Shown here: piece by piece, positions 9,601-17,579 of the stretch
Position numbering within the stretch: position 1 is the stretch's first letter
How the letters are laid out: each line of letters opens with the position of its first letter
Source of the DNA: Turneriella sp.
Lineage (GTDB): Bacteria; Spirochaetota; Leptospiria; Turneriellales; Turneriellaceae
Length of the DNA: 64,000 nt
Assembly: GCA_965279515.1 (NCBI GenBank)
Contig: CBDIID010000003.1
Coordinates: 4,448,001-4,512,000 of the forward strand
Direction of reading: 5' to 3'
Position numbers and translations under genes: made by a program
Notes under the pieces: generated by a model
Databases searched by the model: none
Told to the model about the DNA's origin: nothing
Seen by the model: only the letters and a program-made list of their open reading frames with translations

Positions 9601-10876
9601 CACGAATGTCGGCAGCATTTACGTCGTCGATCCCGCCGGTAAAGGTTGTATCGTCGGTGCCTTGGTGGATGGTTCAACGGGCAGCCAGCTGACACTCTCG
9701 AATGCGACGTTTACACTGAAAGACTGGAACGGTACAACGATTTCCGGTTCGCCGGCGCTTGACCCTGACGGAAAGCAGTTTGTTTTCCCCTCAGGTTGCA
9801 TTAATAATCCCGCAACAGATTGGGGGGCGTCGCCCTATACGTCACCGACCTACACATATTCCGCGGGCTTGAATTCCGGGGTCTATTCGCTGCAGGCAAG
9901 CGTACCGAATTACTACTCATTTACCGAATCGTCGATCGGTGTTACCAACAACGTTGCTGTTCATACGGGCTATCTGCCGATGGTGGGCACGTTTGCCGGC
10001 GGATCTAAAAATATCAAAATCATTCTGACCTGGGGAACAGGCGCAAAAGATCTGGATTTGCATGTTGTAGGTCCTAGCGTAACCGGGGATTGCCAGAACT
10101 ACAATTCCTCAGCCGTTGATAACTCTACCAAATTCCATGTTTACTTTCAACAGAAATATTGCGCTGATAGTGGTACGGCGGCTCCCGTTGGTTCGACGCA
10201 GCTGGCCGTGGATGATACATACGAGTATGGTCCGGAAATAATCAATTTCAACCCCGGCTATGCCGATTCTTCTGCGGTTTATAAGTTTTCTGTGTTCAAT
10301 AACGATGCAACCGCGCCAGATTGGACAAACAGCAAAGCCCGCATTTACGTATATGCGGGAAATTTCTACACCGGTGGCGGAGGACTAATAAAGACAATTG
10401 ATGTGCATACCAGTAATACAAATCGCCTTTGGCGCCCGTTCAAAATGTCTATTACTGGAACAACACTTACTATAGATGATAATGCAGGTTCTACTTTTGG
10501 TTATACTGCCGCCACTTATGCACAAATGGTCGGTACTTCAGATGGTCTTGGGCATGTATCCTCAATCGTCGCCACGGCTGGTGGTTCCGGCTATGTTTCT
10601 GTGCCGACTGTTACCATCGATCCGCCTGCCGGTGGTGGCACTACCGCTACGGCGACAGTAATTACTTCGGGCGGCATCGTAACCGGTTTTAACATCACCA
10701 ATCCCGGTACGGGTTATACGTCAACTCAGGGCGTAACGGTAACGTTTGCCGGTGGCGGCGGCGGTACAGGAGCTGCGGGGACGGGTATTGTTACCATCTC
10801 GGATCCAAACACTGATCCTGGTCTATTCAGTAACGGCACTACAGCAGCTGGTGGAGCTGGTCTCGCCGATTATTAG
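6662..10876 (+). CDS. Large surface lipoprotein, paralogue of 3111..6656, with an extra Gly-rich C-terminal repeat
   Basis: GAGGA then ATG at 6662; lipobox SQAC; five Ig-like repeats (D-x-AGN-W/Y-Q); IKIILTWG..DLDLH..YGPEIIN; tail GGSGY..PTVTI..ITNPGTGY. Confidence 0.75.
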   Translation: MFTQNHHLPRKTILIFFLGFILLSQACVGKFLSTMLSNEGANFKLIEVSAVANTRIRVSFNKPLDKTNGSGTVLSNYSIPGLNLVSVEAGSETHQVFLNLNPADSVRMDRTTYTLTVSNVLNQTLDPLLADGRSMSFTGAKYLQARCFNDDGTDSCPPLAATGAAFGYTIKIRGDYAVGSNYQWQLLSKNPGASPTTYVPASMCLNTKHTNYPTCNDNALPAYDNGLGAGTTTLGWSPTTPVSTPIKISGLMTLDYRIEFRVQDALGAWQPAGYESFKEFSVDSTSPAKIGLSGAGGPSSVPAYTTLTNVRITNISVRPRSCTEFPTPAPDCSASPEAPSHYKYQILYQAGSCPITVPSVLVNWTSEISANIPINYDMGTTEGCYSIRVLARDIAGNWQCLTDATDTTNGKCQHSIGVGQIDEFFTSRAYQVAHIQFDATAPTASFISGTTPNDPTASTSLTVGVTASADVPYFRYRISGPGQAGVWSGDKVSGLGGVANPFISGTPPGEFISASGLSNGGTYTIDIIGKDPAGNYQSTSSPTTYTFTVDTNVPTAVLTAYTGAGGCVGMQGLPNNPTNNNCFSVTVGGPGVTHYKATFVSGSACPNTDGAYGAATVIGTKYTNTSPGFVNGTTYSLCVRGGASITGPFGLAAGEITRYTFTFDNAPPTGTAVTQLLTPVYATAPASGTIRTVLKDADVIIGNASGEAVLAYKGAIYQTTDCVASPGLAAVQALTEKSVYTPIQKTGMANAEQRVCFIGRDAAGNYQTSVQQYSFTVFDPATPSDGGGANDNAYVSNFNYSWAGIPADVTEIRIRICTDAACASPIPGFQNGIAVCSSAAVCVGTTTYNVVSNCTGLGCIKALNGSRYYAQLKVTDAAGNASSFGTVSDGKVITGGVTGIIRDTNGNPVSGATVTLYDSSCTGAAYGAMASTGAGAFTISNATPAFPPIVLATNGHCIKVTASGGRQGTKQFISIDPATNTNVGSIYVVDPAGKGCIVGALVDGSTGSQLTLSNATFTLKDWNGTTISGSPALDPDGKQFVFPSGCINNPATDWGASPYTSPTYTYSAGLNSGVYSLQASVPNYYSFTESSIGVTNNVAVHTGYLPMVGTFAGGSKNIKIILTWGTGAKDLDLHVVGPSVTGDCQNYNSSAVDNSTKFHVYFQQKYCADSGTAAPVGSTQLAVDDTYEYGPEIINFNPGYADSSAVYKFSVFNNDATAPDWTNSKARIYVYAGNFYTGGGGLIKTIDVHTSNTNRLWRPFKMSITGTTLTIDDNAGSTFGYTAATYAQMVGTSDGLGHVSSIVATAGGSGYVSVPTVTIDPPAGGGTTATATVITSGGIVTGFNITNPGTGYTSTQGVTVTFAGGGGGTGAAGTGIVTISDPNTDPGLFSNGTTAAGGAGLADY

Positions 10877-10907
10877 GCCAAGCCCCGGTTAAATCCCTGA
10901 ATAAATC

Positions 10908-10935
10908 TTGCCCCCGGCTTGGCACCATCTATGCT
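10908..10935 (+). promoter_or_regulatory. Putative sigma70-type promoter (TTGCCC-N16-TATGCT)
   Basis: Hexamers read directly, 11 nt upstream of ATG 10947; same 16-nt spacing as other candidates in the window. Confidence 0.4.
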
Positions 10936-10946
10936 GGTGCGAGTCG

Positions 10947-12371
10947 ATGGATCTTGCGAAGTACGATGTCGGCCCCTTCCACGACGAAATGTTCGTCACC
11001 GCCGGTTCTCCGCGCACGCATGCGCAGGCGATCGCGAAAAAAATCGCTGCGATGAGCCTTGCCGAACTTGCCGAATGCCGGCTGACTTCAGAGACCGCGC
11101 TGCGCCGCCTCGGTATTACCTTCAATGTCTATGGCGCAGAGGGGGCGCAGGAGCGCATCATGCCCTTCGACGTGATTCCACGGGTCATTGCAGCGGAGGA
11201 GTGGGACTACCTCGAAAAAGGTCTCGTGCAGCGCATCACTGCGCTCAACATGTTTCTCGAAGATCTTTACCACGATAAACACATCATCCGCGACAATATT
11301 ATTCCCGCCGACGTCGTCTATTCGAGTAAGGGGTACCTGAAAGAATGCGAGGGTTTTAGCCCCCCGAAAAAGATCTGGGTCCATATCACCGGCACCGATC
11401 TGATTTGCGACAGGCATGGCCGCATGCATGTGCTTGAAGACAATTTGCGCTGCCCATCGGGTGTCAGTTACGTGCTCGAGAACCGTGAACTCATGAAAGG
11501 CATCATGCCCGATATGTTTTATTCGGGCGACATTCGCCCGGTGTCGGATTATCCCTATCACCTGAGCCAGCTCATGCAGTATGTCTCGGGTAAAGACCGC
11601 CCCGTCATGGCGTTACTCACGCCGGGCATCTATAACTCCGCGTATTTTGAGCATTCGTTTCTCGCGCGCCAGATGGGGATTGAACTCGTCGAAGGGCGCG
11701 ATCTCGTCGTGCAGAACAATAAGCTCATGATGCGCACGACACGTGGCCTCACGCAGATCGACGTGCTCTACCGCCGCGTCGACGACACCTTTATCGACCC
11801 GACAGTTTTTAATCCCGATTCGGTTTTGGGCGCCGCGGGTATGTTTGGCGCCTACCGCGCCGGTAATCTCGCACTCATCAATGCGCCCGGTACCGGCGTG
11901 GCGGATGACAAAGTTGTCTATGCCTATGTGCCTGATATGATCAAGTATTACCTCAAGCAGGATATGATTATCCCGAATGTCGACACCTATCTTTGCTGGC
12001 GCGACAGCGACCGCGATTATGTGCTGAAGAATATTGAGAAGCTGGTCGTGAAAGCAGCGAATGAGGCGGGCGGTTATGGTATGCTGATCGGGCCGCATTC
12101 GACGAAGGCGGAACAGGAAGACTTCAAGGGCCGTATCCTGGCGAACCCGCGTAACTACATCGCGCAGCCGACGATTTCACTTTCGCGTACGCCGACACTG
12201 ATCGGTGACAAACTCGAGGGGCGGCATGTGGATTTAAGGCCGTATATCCTTTATGGTGAAAAAATTCAGATCATACCGGGGGGCCTGACGCGCGTGGCGC
12301 TCAAGCAAGGTTCGCTGGTGGTGAATTCGTCGCAGGGTGGCGGCAGCAAAGACACCTGGGTGATGCGCTGA
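10947..12371 (+). CDS. Circularly permuted type 2 ATP-grasp protein
   Basis: GITFNVYG, EDNLRCPSGVSYVLENR, LTPGIYNSAYFEH, YRRVDD, GTGVADDK, GGLTRVAL, VVNSSQGGGSKDTWV. Confidence 0.95.
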   Translation: MDLAKYDVGPFHDEMFVTAGSPRTHAQAIAKKIAAMSLAELAECRLTSETALRRLGITFNVYGAEGAQERIMPFDVIPRVIAAEEWDYLEKGLVQRITALNMFLEDLYHDKHIIRDNIIPADVVYSSKGYLKECEGFSPPKKIWVHITGTDLICDRHGRMHVLEDNLRCPSGVSYVLENRELMKGIMPDMFYSGDIRPVSDYPYHLSQLMQYVSGKDRPVMALLTPGIYNSAYFEHSFLARQMGIELVEGRDLVVQNNKLMMRTTRGLTQIDVLYRRVDDTFIDPTVFNPDSVLGAAGMFGAYRAGNLALINAPGTGVADDKVVYAYVPDMIKYYLKQDMIIPNVDTYLCWRDSDRDYVLKNIEKLVVKAANEAGGYGMLIGPHSTKAEQEDFKGRILANPRNYIAQPTISLSRTPTLIGDKLEGRHVDLRPYILYGEKIQIIPGGLTRVALKQGSLVVNSSQGGGSKDTWVMR

Positions 12372-13348
12372 TGCTGAGCCGCGCCGCAGAAAACATTTTC
12401 TGGCTCAACCGCTATCTCGAGCGTGCGGATAACTATGCACGTTTCATCGATGTGAATCTCAATATCAGCCTCGAAATGCCGCCCAGCTATGAAAGCCAGT
12501 GGCTGCCGCTTGTCGAAACCACGGGCGACACCGAATTATTCCATGAACTCTATAAAGAAGCGACAGCTGAAAATGTCATCCGCTTTCTCGCCACCGACGT
12601 GCAGAACCCGAATTCGATCCGTTCATGCCTCAATGCCGCCCGTGAGAACGCGCGCATCGTGCGCGAGAATATCTCGATCGAGATGTGGGAAGCCATCAAC
12701 ACGCTCTATCTCTGGGTGCAGAATTTCCAGTCGCATGCTGGCAGCAATTCGCCCACGGCGCTGATCGATTTCTTCAAGGAGATCCGCAAGACAGTGATGT
12801 TGTTCTATGGCACCATGGACGATTCGATTTCGCATGGTGAGGCGTGGCACTTTGGCCGTCTCGGGCGCTTCCTGGAGCGCGCCGACAAGACCTGCCGCAT
12901 TCTCGACATGAAATATTTTATCCTGTTGCCCAAAGTTTCCGACGTGGGCACCTCGATCGACCAGCTGCAGTGGGCGGCGCTGCTAAAATCGACGAGCGGC
13001 CTGCAGGTCTACCGCCGGCAGTACGGGCAGATCGACGCGACGAATATTCCAACATTTTTGATCTTCGACCGCGAGTTCCCGCGCGCGTTGAAATACTGCC
13101 TGATCTGGATCAACCACTCGCTGCACGAGCTCACGGGCACCGAAGTCTATTCGTTCAGTAACCATGCTGAGAAGAAGGCGGGGGCGTTCTTATCCGAACT
13201 CGATTATAAGGACTATGCCGAGGTCAAGGCGCAGGGCTTGCACGAGTTTCTCGACTACGCCCAACTCAAGTGCAATGATATCGGCGCGGCGATCGGTGAG
13301 ACGTTTTTTGCGCCGGTCATCGCGGCGTCTCAAACCCAGTCGCAATAA
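12371..13348 (+). CDS. Alpha-E domain protein (DUF403 type)
   Basis: MLSRAAENIFWLNRYLERA and second GRFLERAD (ER motifs), ARENAR, Q-rich tail; TGATG overlap with the upstream gene. Confidence 0.93.
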   Translation: MLSRAAENIFWLNRYLERADNYARFIDVNLNISLEMPPSYESQWLPLVETTGDTELFHELYKEATAENVIRFLATDVQNPNSIRSCLNAARENARIVRENISIEMWEAINTLYLWVQNFQSHAGSNSPTALIDFFKEIRKTVMLFYGTMDDSISHGEAWHFGRLGRFLERADKTCRILDMKYFILLPKVSDVGTSIDQLQWAALLKSTSGLQVYRRQYGQIDATNIPTFLIFDREFPRALKYCLIWINHSLHELTGTEVYSFSNHAEKKAGAFLSELDYKDYAEVKAQGLHEFLDYAQLKCNDIGAAIGETFFAPVIAASQTQSQ

Positions 13349-13354
13349 TTTTCA

Positions 13355-13376
13355 CTGCTATGGAATTCCATAGCAG
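13355..13376. repeat. Perfect 22-bp palindrome CTGCTATGGAATTCCATAGCAG
   Basis: Self-complementary sequence 6 nt after the alpha-E stop; terminator or operator. Confidence 0.7.
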
Positions 13377-13420
13377 ATAGCCTCACGTCAGCGTTCTCTT
13401 CCTTCAGGGTTGATATATTC

Positions 13421-13446
13421 TGGATTCCCGCGTCCGCAGGAATGAC
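13421..13446. repeat. REP-like element TGGATTCCCGCGTCCGCAGGAATGAC
   Basis: Matches ATTCCC-N8-GGGAAT(GAC) REP/dRS3-like consensus with one mismatch. Confidence 0.55.
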
Positions 13447-13575
13447 GGAGCTATACGAATGCCGGATTCGCGCGCATTTCAGCTAAACTCCAACCTCGTT
13501 CGAAACTAACATTTCCATAAAAACTCCCACTTTTTGATCTTTTTCACATTTATTGCTTTACGTATAAACACGTAT

Positions 13576-13595
13576 GCATAAATATGTATTTATGC
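13576..13595. promoter_or_regulatory. Putative TA autoregulatory operator GCATAAATA-TG-TATTTATGC
   Basis: Perfect 9-bp inverted repeat overlapping the antitoxin ATG at 13592. Confidence 0.6.
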
Positions 13596-13867
13596 GAACC
13601 ACCATTGACCTCCCGGTGGATATTTACCGTAAGGCGAAGGCTGAAGCAGCCCTGCGCGGCGTGAAGCTGCGCGATATGGTGGTGACGAGTCTGTCCCGGG
13701 AGCTGAACCGGGCCGATAGCGCCTTAAACCAGGGCGGCAGCGTCCGAATCGACGAATTCATGGCCTCTTTAGATGAGTTGAGCGGGCAGGTGGGGCAATC
13801 CCACTCGAGCCCCCTGGGTCAGCTTATGATGCAGCGCAACACGCCGCAAGGGGCTGAGGGCGTCTAA
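13592..13867 (+). CDS. Ribbon-helix-helix antitoxin (VapB-like)
   Basis: MRTTIDLPVDIYRKAKAEAALRGVKLRDMV RHH pattern; TAATG overlap with the PIN gene. Confidence 0.8.
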   Translation: MRTTIDLPVDIYRKAKAEAALRGVKLRDMVVTSLSRELNRADSALNQGGSVRIDEFMASLDELSGQVGQSHSSPLGQLMMQRNTPQGAEGV

Positions 13868-14397
13868 TGATCGGAGCGCGGAAGTTGACGATCGACGCGA
13901 GTGTCTATCTCGCTGCGCTCGAGAACCCCGCTTCGGGTGTGAACGAGGCCCGTGTCTTTTTGCGTCAGGTGCTCTCCGAAGGTTATGAGCTGCATCTGCC
14001 GCGCCTGTTTTTGCTCGAGCTGATTGTGGCGCTGCGTACGCTGCTCAATGTGAAGTCGGTCTATGCGACGCTCGCGCGCCAGTGGGCGATTGCCGAGAAC
14101 GTGCGCTGGCTCGATGCCGACAGCTCGTTTACCCGCGCTGCCTGCGAGCTCGCCGACCAGGCAAATCTGCGCGTTTCCGATGCAATTTATGCTGTAACTG
14201 CCCGTATCTCGGGCGGGGTGCTCGTGAGCCTCGACCCGGCGATGCTAGAGCGTGTTGGCTCGCATGTCAGTGTGTTTACGCCGGCGAATTTTATGGGGCA
14301 GGTAAGTTCGACGCAAAAGGGGGATATCCCCCGTGCAGATAGCCCAGCCGCTGATTCGACAACGACCGAAATTCCCTCGGGAGATTCGCCACAATGA
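13867..14397 (+). CDS. PIN-domain toxin (VapC-like)
   Basis: IDASV, LLE, DAIY and SLD acidic positions of the PIN fold; low-complexity C-terminal extension. Confidence 0.8.
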   Translation: MIGARKLTIDASVYLAALENPASGVNEARVFLRQVLSEGYELHLPRLFLLELIVALRTLLNVKSVYATLARQWAIAENVRWLDADSSFTRAACELADQANLRVSDAIYAVTARISGGVLVSLDPAMLERVGSHVSVFTPANFMGQVSSTQKGDIPRADSPAADSTTTEIPSGDSPQ

Positions 14398-14422
14398 CCG
14401 ATACCCAATATAGGATAAACCT

Positions 14423-14857
14423 ATGATAACCGAAACAGGACTATGGGGTCGTACTCAATATATGCTCGAAAAGGGCATGGATGTGGCACAGATGAGACAT
14501 AAGGTCTTTGCCAATAATATCGCCAATGTCGACACGCCGCATTTCAAGCGCAGCGAAGTCGGCTTTGAGGCCGAGATGCGCCGCACGCTCGATCTCGAAA
14601 AGCATGTCGAAGAAAACGGGATTCCCGCGCGCATGACCGACGAGCGCCATATCCCGTTTTTCCGTTCGCGCGATATCCGTGACGTGCAGGCGCGCTCACA
14701 CATTGACTATAACTCGACGATGCGCAACGATGGCAATAACGTCGATCCGGAGCATGAAGTCGCCGAGCAGACGAAGAATATGATGACCTTCCAGGCGCTG
14801 ACAACGATTATGAATCATAACTTCCGCACGATCAATATCGTGAACAGGGTGGCGTAA
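14423..14857 (+). CDS. flgB: Flagellar basal-body rod protein FlgB
   Basis: ANNIANVDTPHFKR; MRNDGNNVD. Confidence 0.97.
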   Translation: MITETGLWGRTQYMLEKGMDVAQMRHKVFANNIANVDTPHFKRSEVGFEAEMRRTLDLEKHVEENGIPARMTDERHIPFFRSRDIRDVQARSHIDYNSTMRNDGNNVDPEHEVAEQTKNMMTFQALTTIMNHNFRTINIVNRVA

Positions 14858-14873
14858 GGGTTGGCTAAACCAT

Positions 14874-15332
14874 ATGTTTGAATCAATTAACATAGCATCC
14901 ACTGGTCTCACCGCGCAGCGTCTGAAAATGGACGTGATCTCGAACAATATTGCGAACGCATCGACGACACGCACCAACGAAGGCGATGGCCCTTACCGCA
15001 AGCGCCGCGTCGTCATGCAGCCGGTGAATACACGTACGAACTGGAAATCTCCGGTTTATCCGTTTGGCCTAAGGGCAGGGGATGGCGAAGGTGTGCGCGT
15101 CTCTAAAATCGAGCGCGATGAAACCTCGCCCGTGCGTCTTGTTTTTGATCCGTCGCATCCCGATGCGGTTAAGGTCGGCCCGAAAAAGGGCTATGTCGAA
15201 TACCCGAACGTCGATATCGTTTCCGAGATGGTCGACATGATCGCCGCGAGCCGCAGCTATGAAGCCAACTCGCAGGCGATCCAGGGTGCGAAGTCCATGT
15301 TCCAGAGTGCATTACAGATAGGCAGAGCGTAA
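14874..15332 (+). CDS. flgC: Flagellar basal-body rod protein FlgC
   Basis: AQRLKMDVISNNIANASTTR; DPSHPDA; GYVEYPNVD..EMVDMIAASRSYEAN. Confidence 0.98.
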   Translation: MFESINIASTGLTAQRLKMDVISNNIANASTTRTNEGDGPYRKRRVVMQPVNTRTNWKSPVYPFGLRAGDGEGVRVSKIERDETSPVRLVFDPSHPDAVKVGPKKGYVEYPNVDIVSEMVDMIAASRSYEANSQAIQGAKSMFQSALQIGRA

Positions 15333-15352
15333 GAGATAAAGAGGTATAAAAG

Positions 15353-15697
15353 ATGTTACCAATTACAGAAAACTTTTTCCATCAAAACAACGTAACGGGA
15401 GATTTTGTTTCCCTGAAAACTTCTGACGCCCGCCACAACAATGGTCGTCCGATCAAGGTGCTCGGTGAAGATCCCGCAAAGAATTTCTCCGACGCCATGG
15501 TCATGGCGCTCGAAAAGGTGAATGAGCAGCAGGTGTCGGCGGAGACGCTCGGTCAGAAAGTTGTTTCCGATCCTAAAGGCGTCGAAGCGCACACGCTGAT
15601 GATCCAGGCCGAAAAGGCACGTATGTCGCTGACGTTGGTGAAGAATATCGCCGATCTCGCAGTGCGCACGTACCGCGAACTTTCTAACCTGAGATAA
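15353..15697 (+). CDS. fliE: Flagellar hook-basal body protein FliE
   Basis: Position after flgC; FSDAM..ALEKVN..Q; MIQAEKARMSL..AVRTYREL. Confidence 0.9.
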   Translation: MLPITENFFHQNNVTGDFVSLKTSDARHNNGRPIKVLGEDPAKNFSDAMVMALEKVNEQQVSAETLGQKVVSDPKGVEAHTLMIQAEKARMSLTLVKNIADLAVRTYRELSNLR

Positions 15698-15880
15698 TCC
15701 ATGGCGGTTAAGATGCAAGGCATTCAGTCTAAGGTGCGCGGGTCTGGTGAAAACCCGGCCGCGTGCCAGGCGCGCCCTGTGCTCCGTTCGTTTTTTAATT
15801 TTAAGATGAGACATAAAACCGAAGGTGTAATATTTCTCGCGCCTCGCGAGCGATATTACAAGGAAATATAAGGAGTTCCC

Positions 15881-17578
15881 ATGCCACCGTTTGTAAAAGA
15901 TATTCTCGATCGTCTGAAATCCCTTTCAGGCAAACTCGATACGACGAAGAAGATTATTCTGGGTTCCGCGCTTGCGGTCGTCGTTACGGCGCTCGTGATC
16001 ATCGGCAATGTCTCATCGGAGAAGTCTAGCGTTGTGCTCTTTAAAGGCATGGAAACGAAAGATTTTGCCGCGGTGACCGCGAAACTCGGCGAAATGGGGT
16101 TCCATTACACCACTTCGGGTACCGATACGATCTACATCTCGCCCGAAAAGAAAAGCGCGGCGATGGTGGCACTGGCGCAAGAAAGTCTCATTCCGCAGGG
16201 CGTGCATGGCTGGGAACTCTTCGACATCGACAAATGGTCGGAGACGCAATTCGAGAAAGATATCAAGAAGCAACGCGCACTCTCCGGCGCGATTGCTGCC
16301 ACCCTCAAGAACGTGAAGGGCGTCGAGCGCGCGCAGGTTAACCTCGCTTTCCCGGCTGAAGAGCTCTTCCAGGAAAAGACGGAACCCGTAACTGCGGCAG
16401 TGCTCCTTGAGTACAAGCCGGGTGTAGAAAAGCTCTCTGTCAAAGAAATCAAAGGCATCGAGACGTTGGTGGCGCGCTCGGTTCCCGGTTTGAAGAAAGA
16501 AAATGTGACGATTGCAGGGCCAGATGGCGACGTCATCAATGAGCTCGATACCGAAGCCGATAAAGCAAAAGCTGAAATCAAAGACGTCGAGGCAAAGCTG
16601 CGCATCCAGGAAGGTCAGCGCACGAAGCTGTTGGCCGATATCCGTAAGTCGCTCACGAAATTTTATGGCGAAGGTGTCTACGGGGACCGTTATGATGTGG
16701 TACGCCTCGAAGCGAAGCTGCGCTGGGATAAAGAAGAGCGCGAAGAAAATCTCGTGAGCCCCGTTGTCATGGTTGAGGACGATCCTAAGACTCCTTACTC
16801 CGAACGCGTGGTTAAAGACTCGCTGAAGGTCTCGTCGAAGACAACAACTGAGGAGTTCGAAGGCAACGGTTTTACACCGGAAGGCCCGGCGGGTACCGAG
16901 CCCAATATCCCGCCCGGATATAAAGACCGCGATTATCAGAAAGCAAAGTATACTAAAAAAGAAGATATTGAAAACAACAAATTCAACGAAACGCACCGCA
17001 AGATCAAGAAGCAGCCGTTCGAACTCGAACGCGTGAACCTCGCTGTACTCCTGGACGGCAAGTGGGAACGTTTAGGTATCAAAGCCGATCAATCCGGCTA
17101 TGACCGCAAGTACCTGGGCGTCGCGGATGAAGAGCTTTTGAAGGTGACCGACGTGCTCAAGAAGTCGATTGGCTTCGACATCGGCCGCGGCGACCAGATT
17201 TCGGTAAAGCACCTGCAGATCGACCGCAGCAAGCAGTTTGAAGCGGAAGATGAAGAACTGCGCGCGCAGATCGCCCGCCGCAAACTGCTCATCGGTATCC
17301 TTATAACCCTGATTGCCCTGGCTATCGCCTATGTGGCCTACATCTTCATCAAACGTGAGATCGAGCGCCGCCGTCGCCTCCGTGAAGAAGAGCTTGCCGC
17401 CCGCCAGGCGATGATGCGCGATGCCGCACTCCGTGCAATTGAGGAAGAAGGTGTGGAAGTAGAACTCTCGATTGAAGAACAGGCCCGCCGTGCGATGATC
17501 GAGAATGCGATCAACCTGGCGAAAGAACGTCCCGATGATGTAGTACAGCTTCTGAGAACGTGGTTGTCGGAGGATTAA
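15881..17578 (+). CDS. fliF: Flagellar MS-ring protein FliF
   Basis: RBS AAGGAG; two TM segments; GWELFD..SETQFE; GPAGTEPNIPPGY; C-terminal LLRTWL. Confidence 0.97.
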   Translation: MPPFVKDILDRLKSLSGKLDTTKKIILGSALAVVVTALVIIGNVSSEKSSVVLFKGMETKDFAAVTAKLGEMGFHYTTSGTDTIYISPEKKSAAMVALAQESLIPQGVHGWELFDIDKWSETQFEKDIKKQRALSGAIAATLKNVKGVERAQVNLAFPAEELFQEKTEPVTAAVLLEYKPGVEKLSVKEIKGIETLVARSVPGLKKENVTIAGPDGDVINELDTEADKAKAEIKDVEAKLRIQEGQRTKLLADIRKSLTKFYGEGVYGDRYDVVRLEAKLRWDKEEREENLVSPVVMVEDDPKTPYSERVVKDSLKVSSKTTTEEFEGNGFTPEGPAGTEPNIPPGYKDRDYQKAKYTKKEDIENNKFNETHRKIKKQPFELERVNLAVLLDGKWERLGIKADQSGYDRKYLGVADEELLKVTDVLKKSIGFDIGRGDQISVKHLQIDRSKQFEAEDEELRAQIARRKLLIGILITLIALAIAYVAYIFIKREIERRRRLREEELAARQAMMRDAALRAIEEEGVEVELSIEEQARRAMIENAINLAKERPDDVVQLLRTWLSED

Positions 17579-17579
17579 T

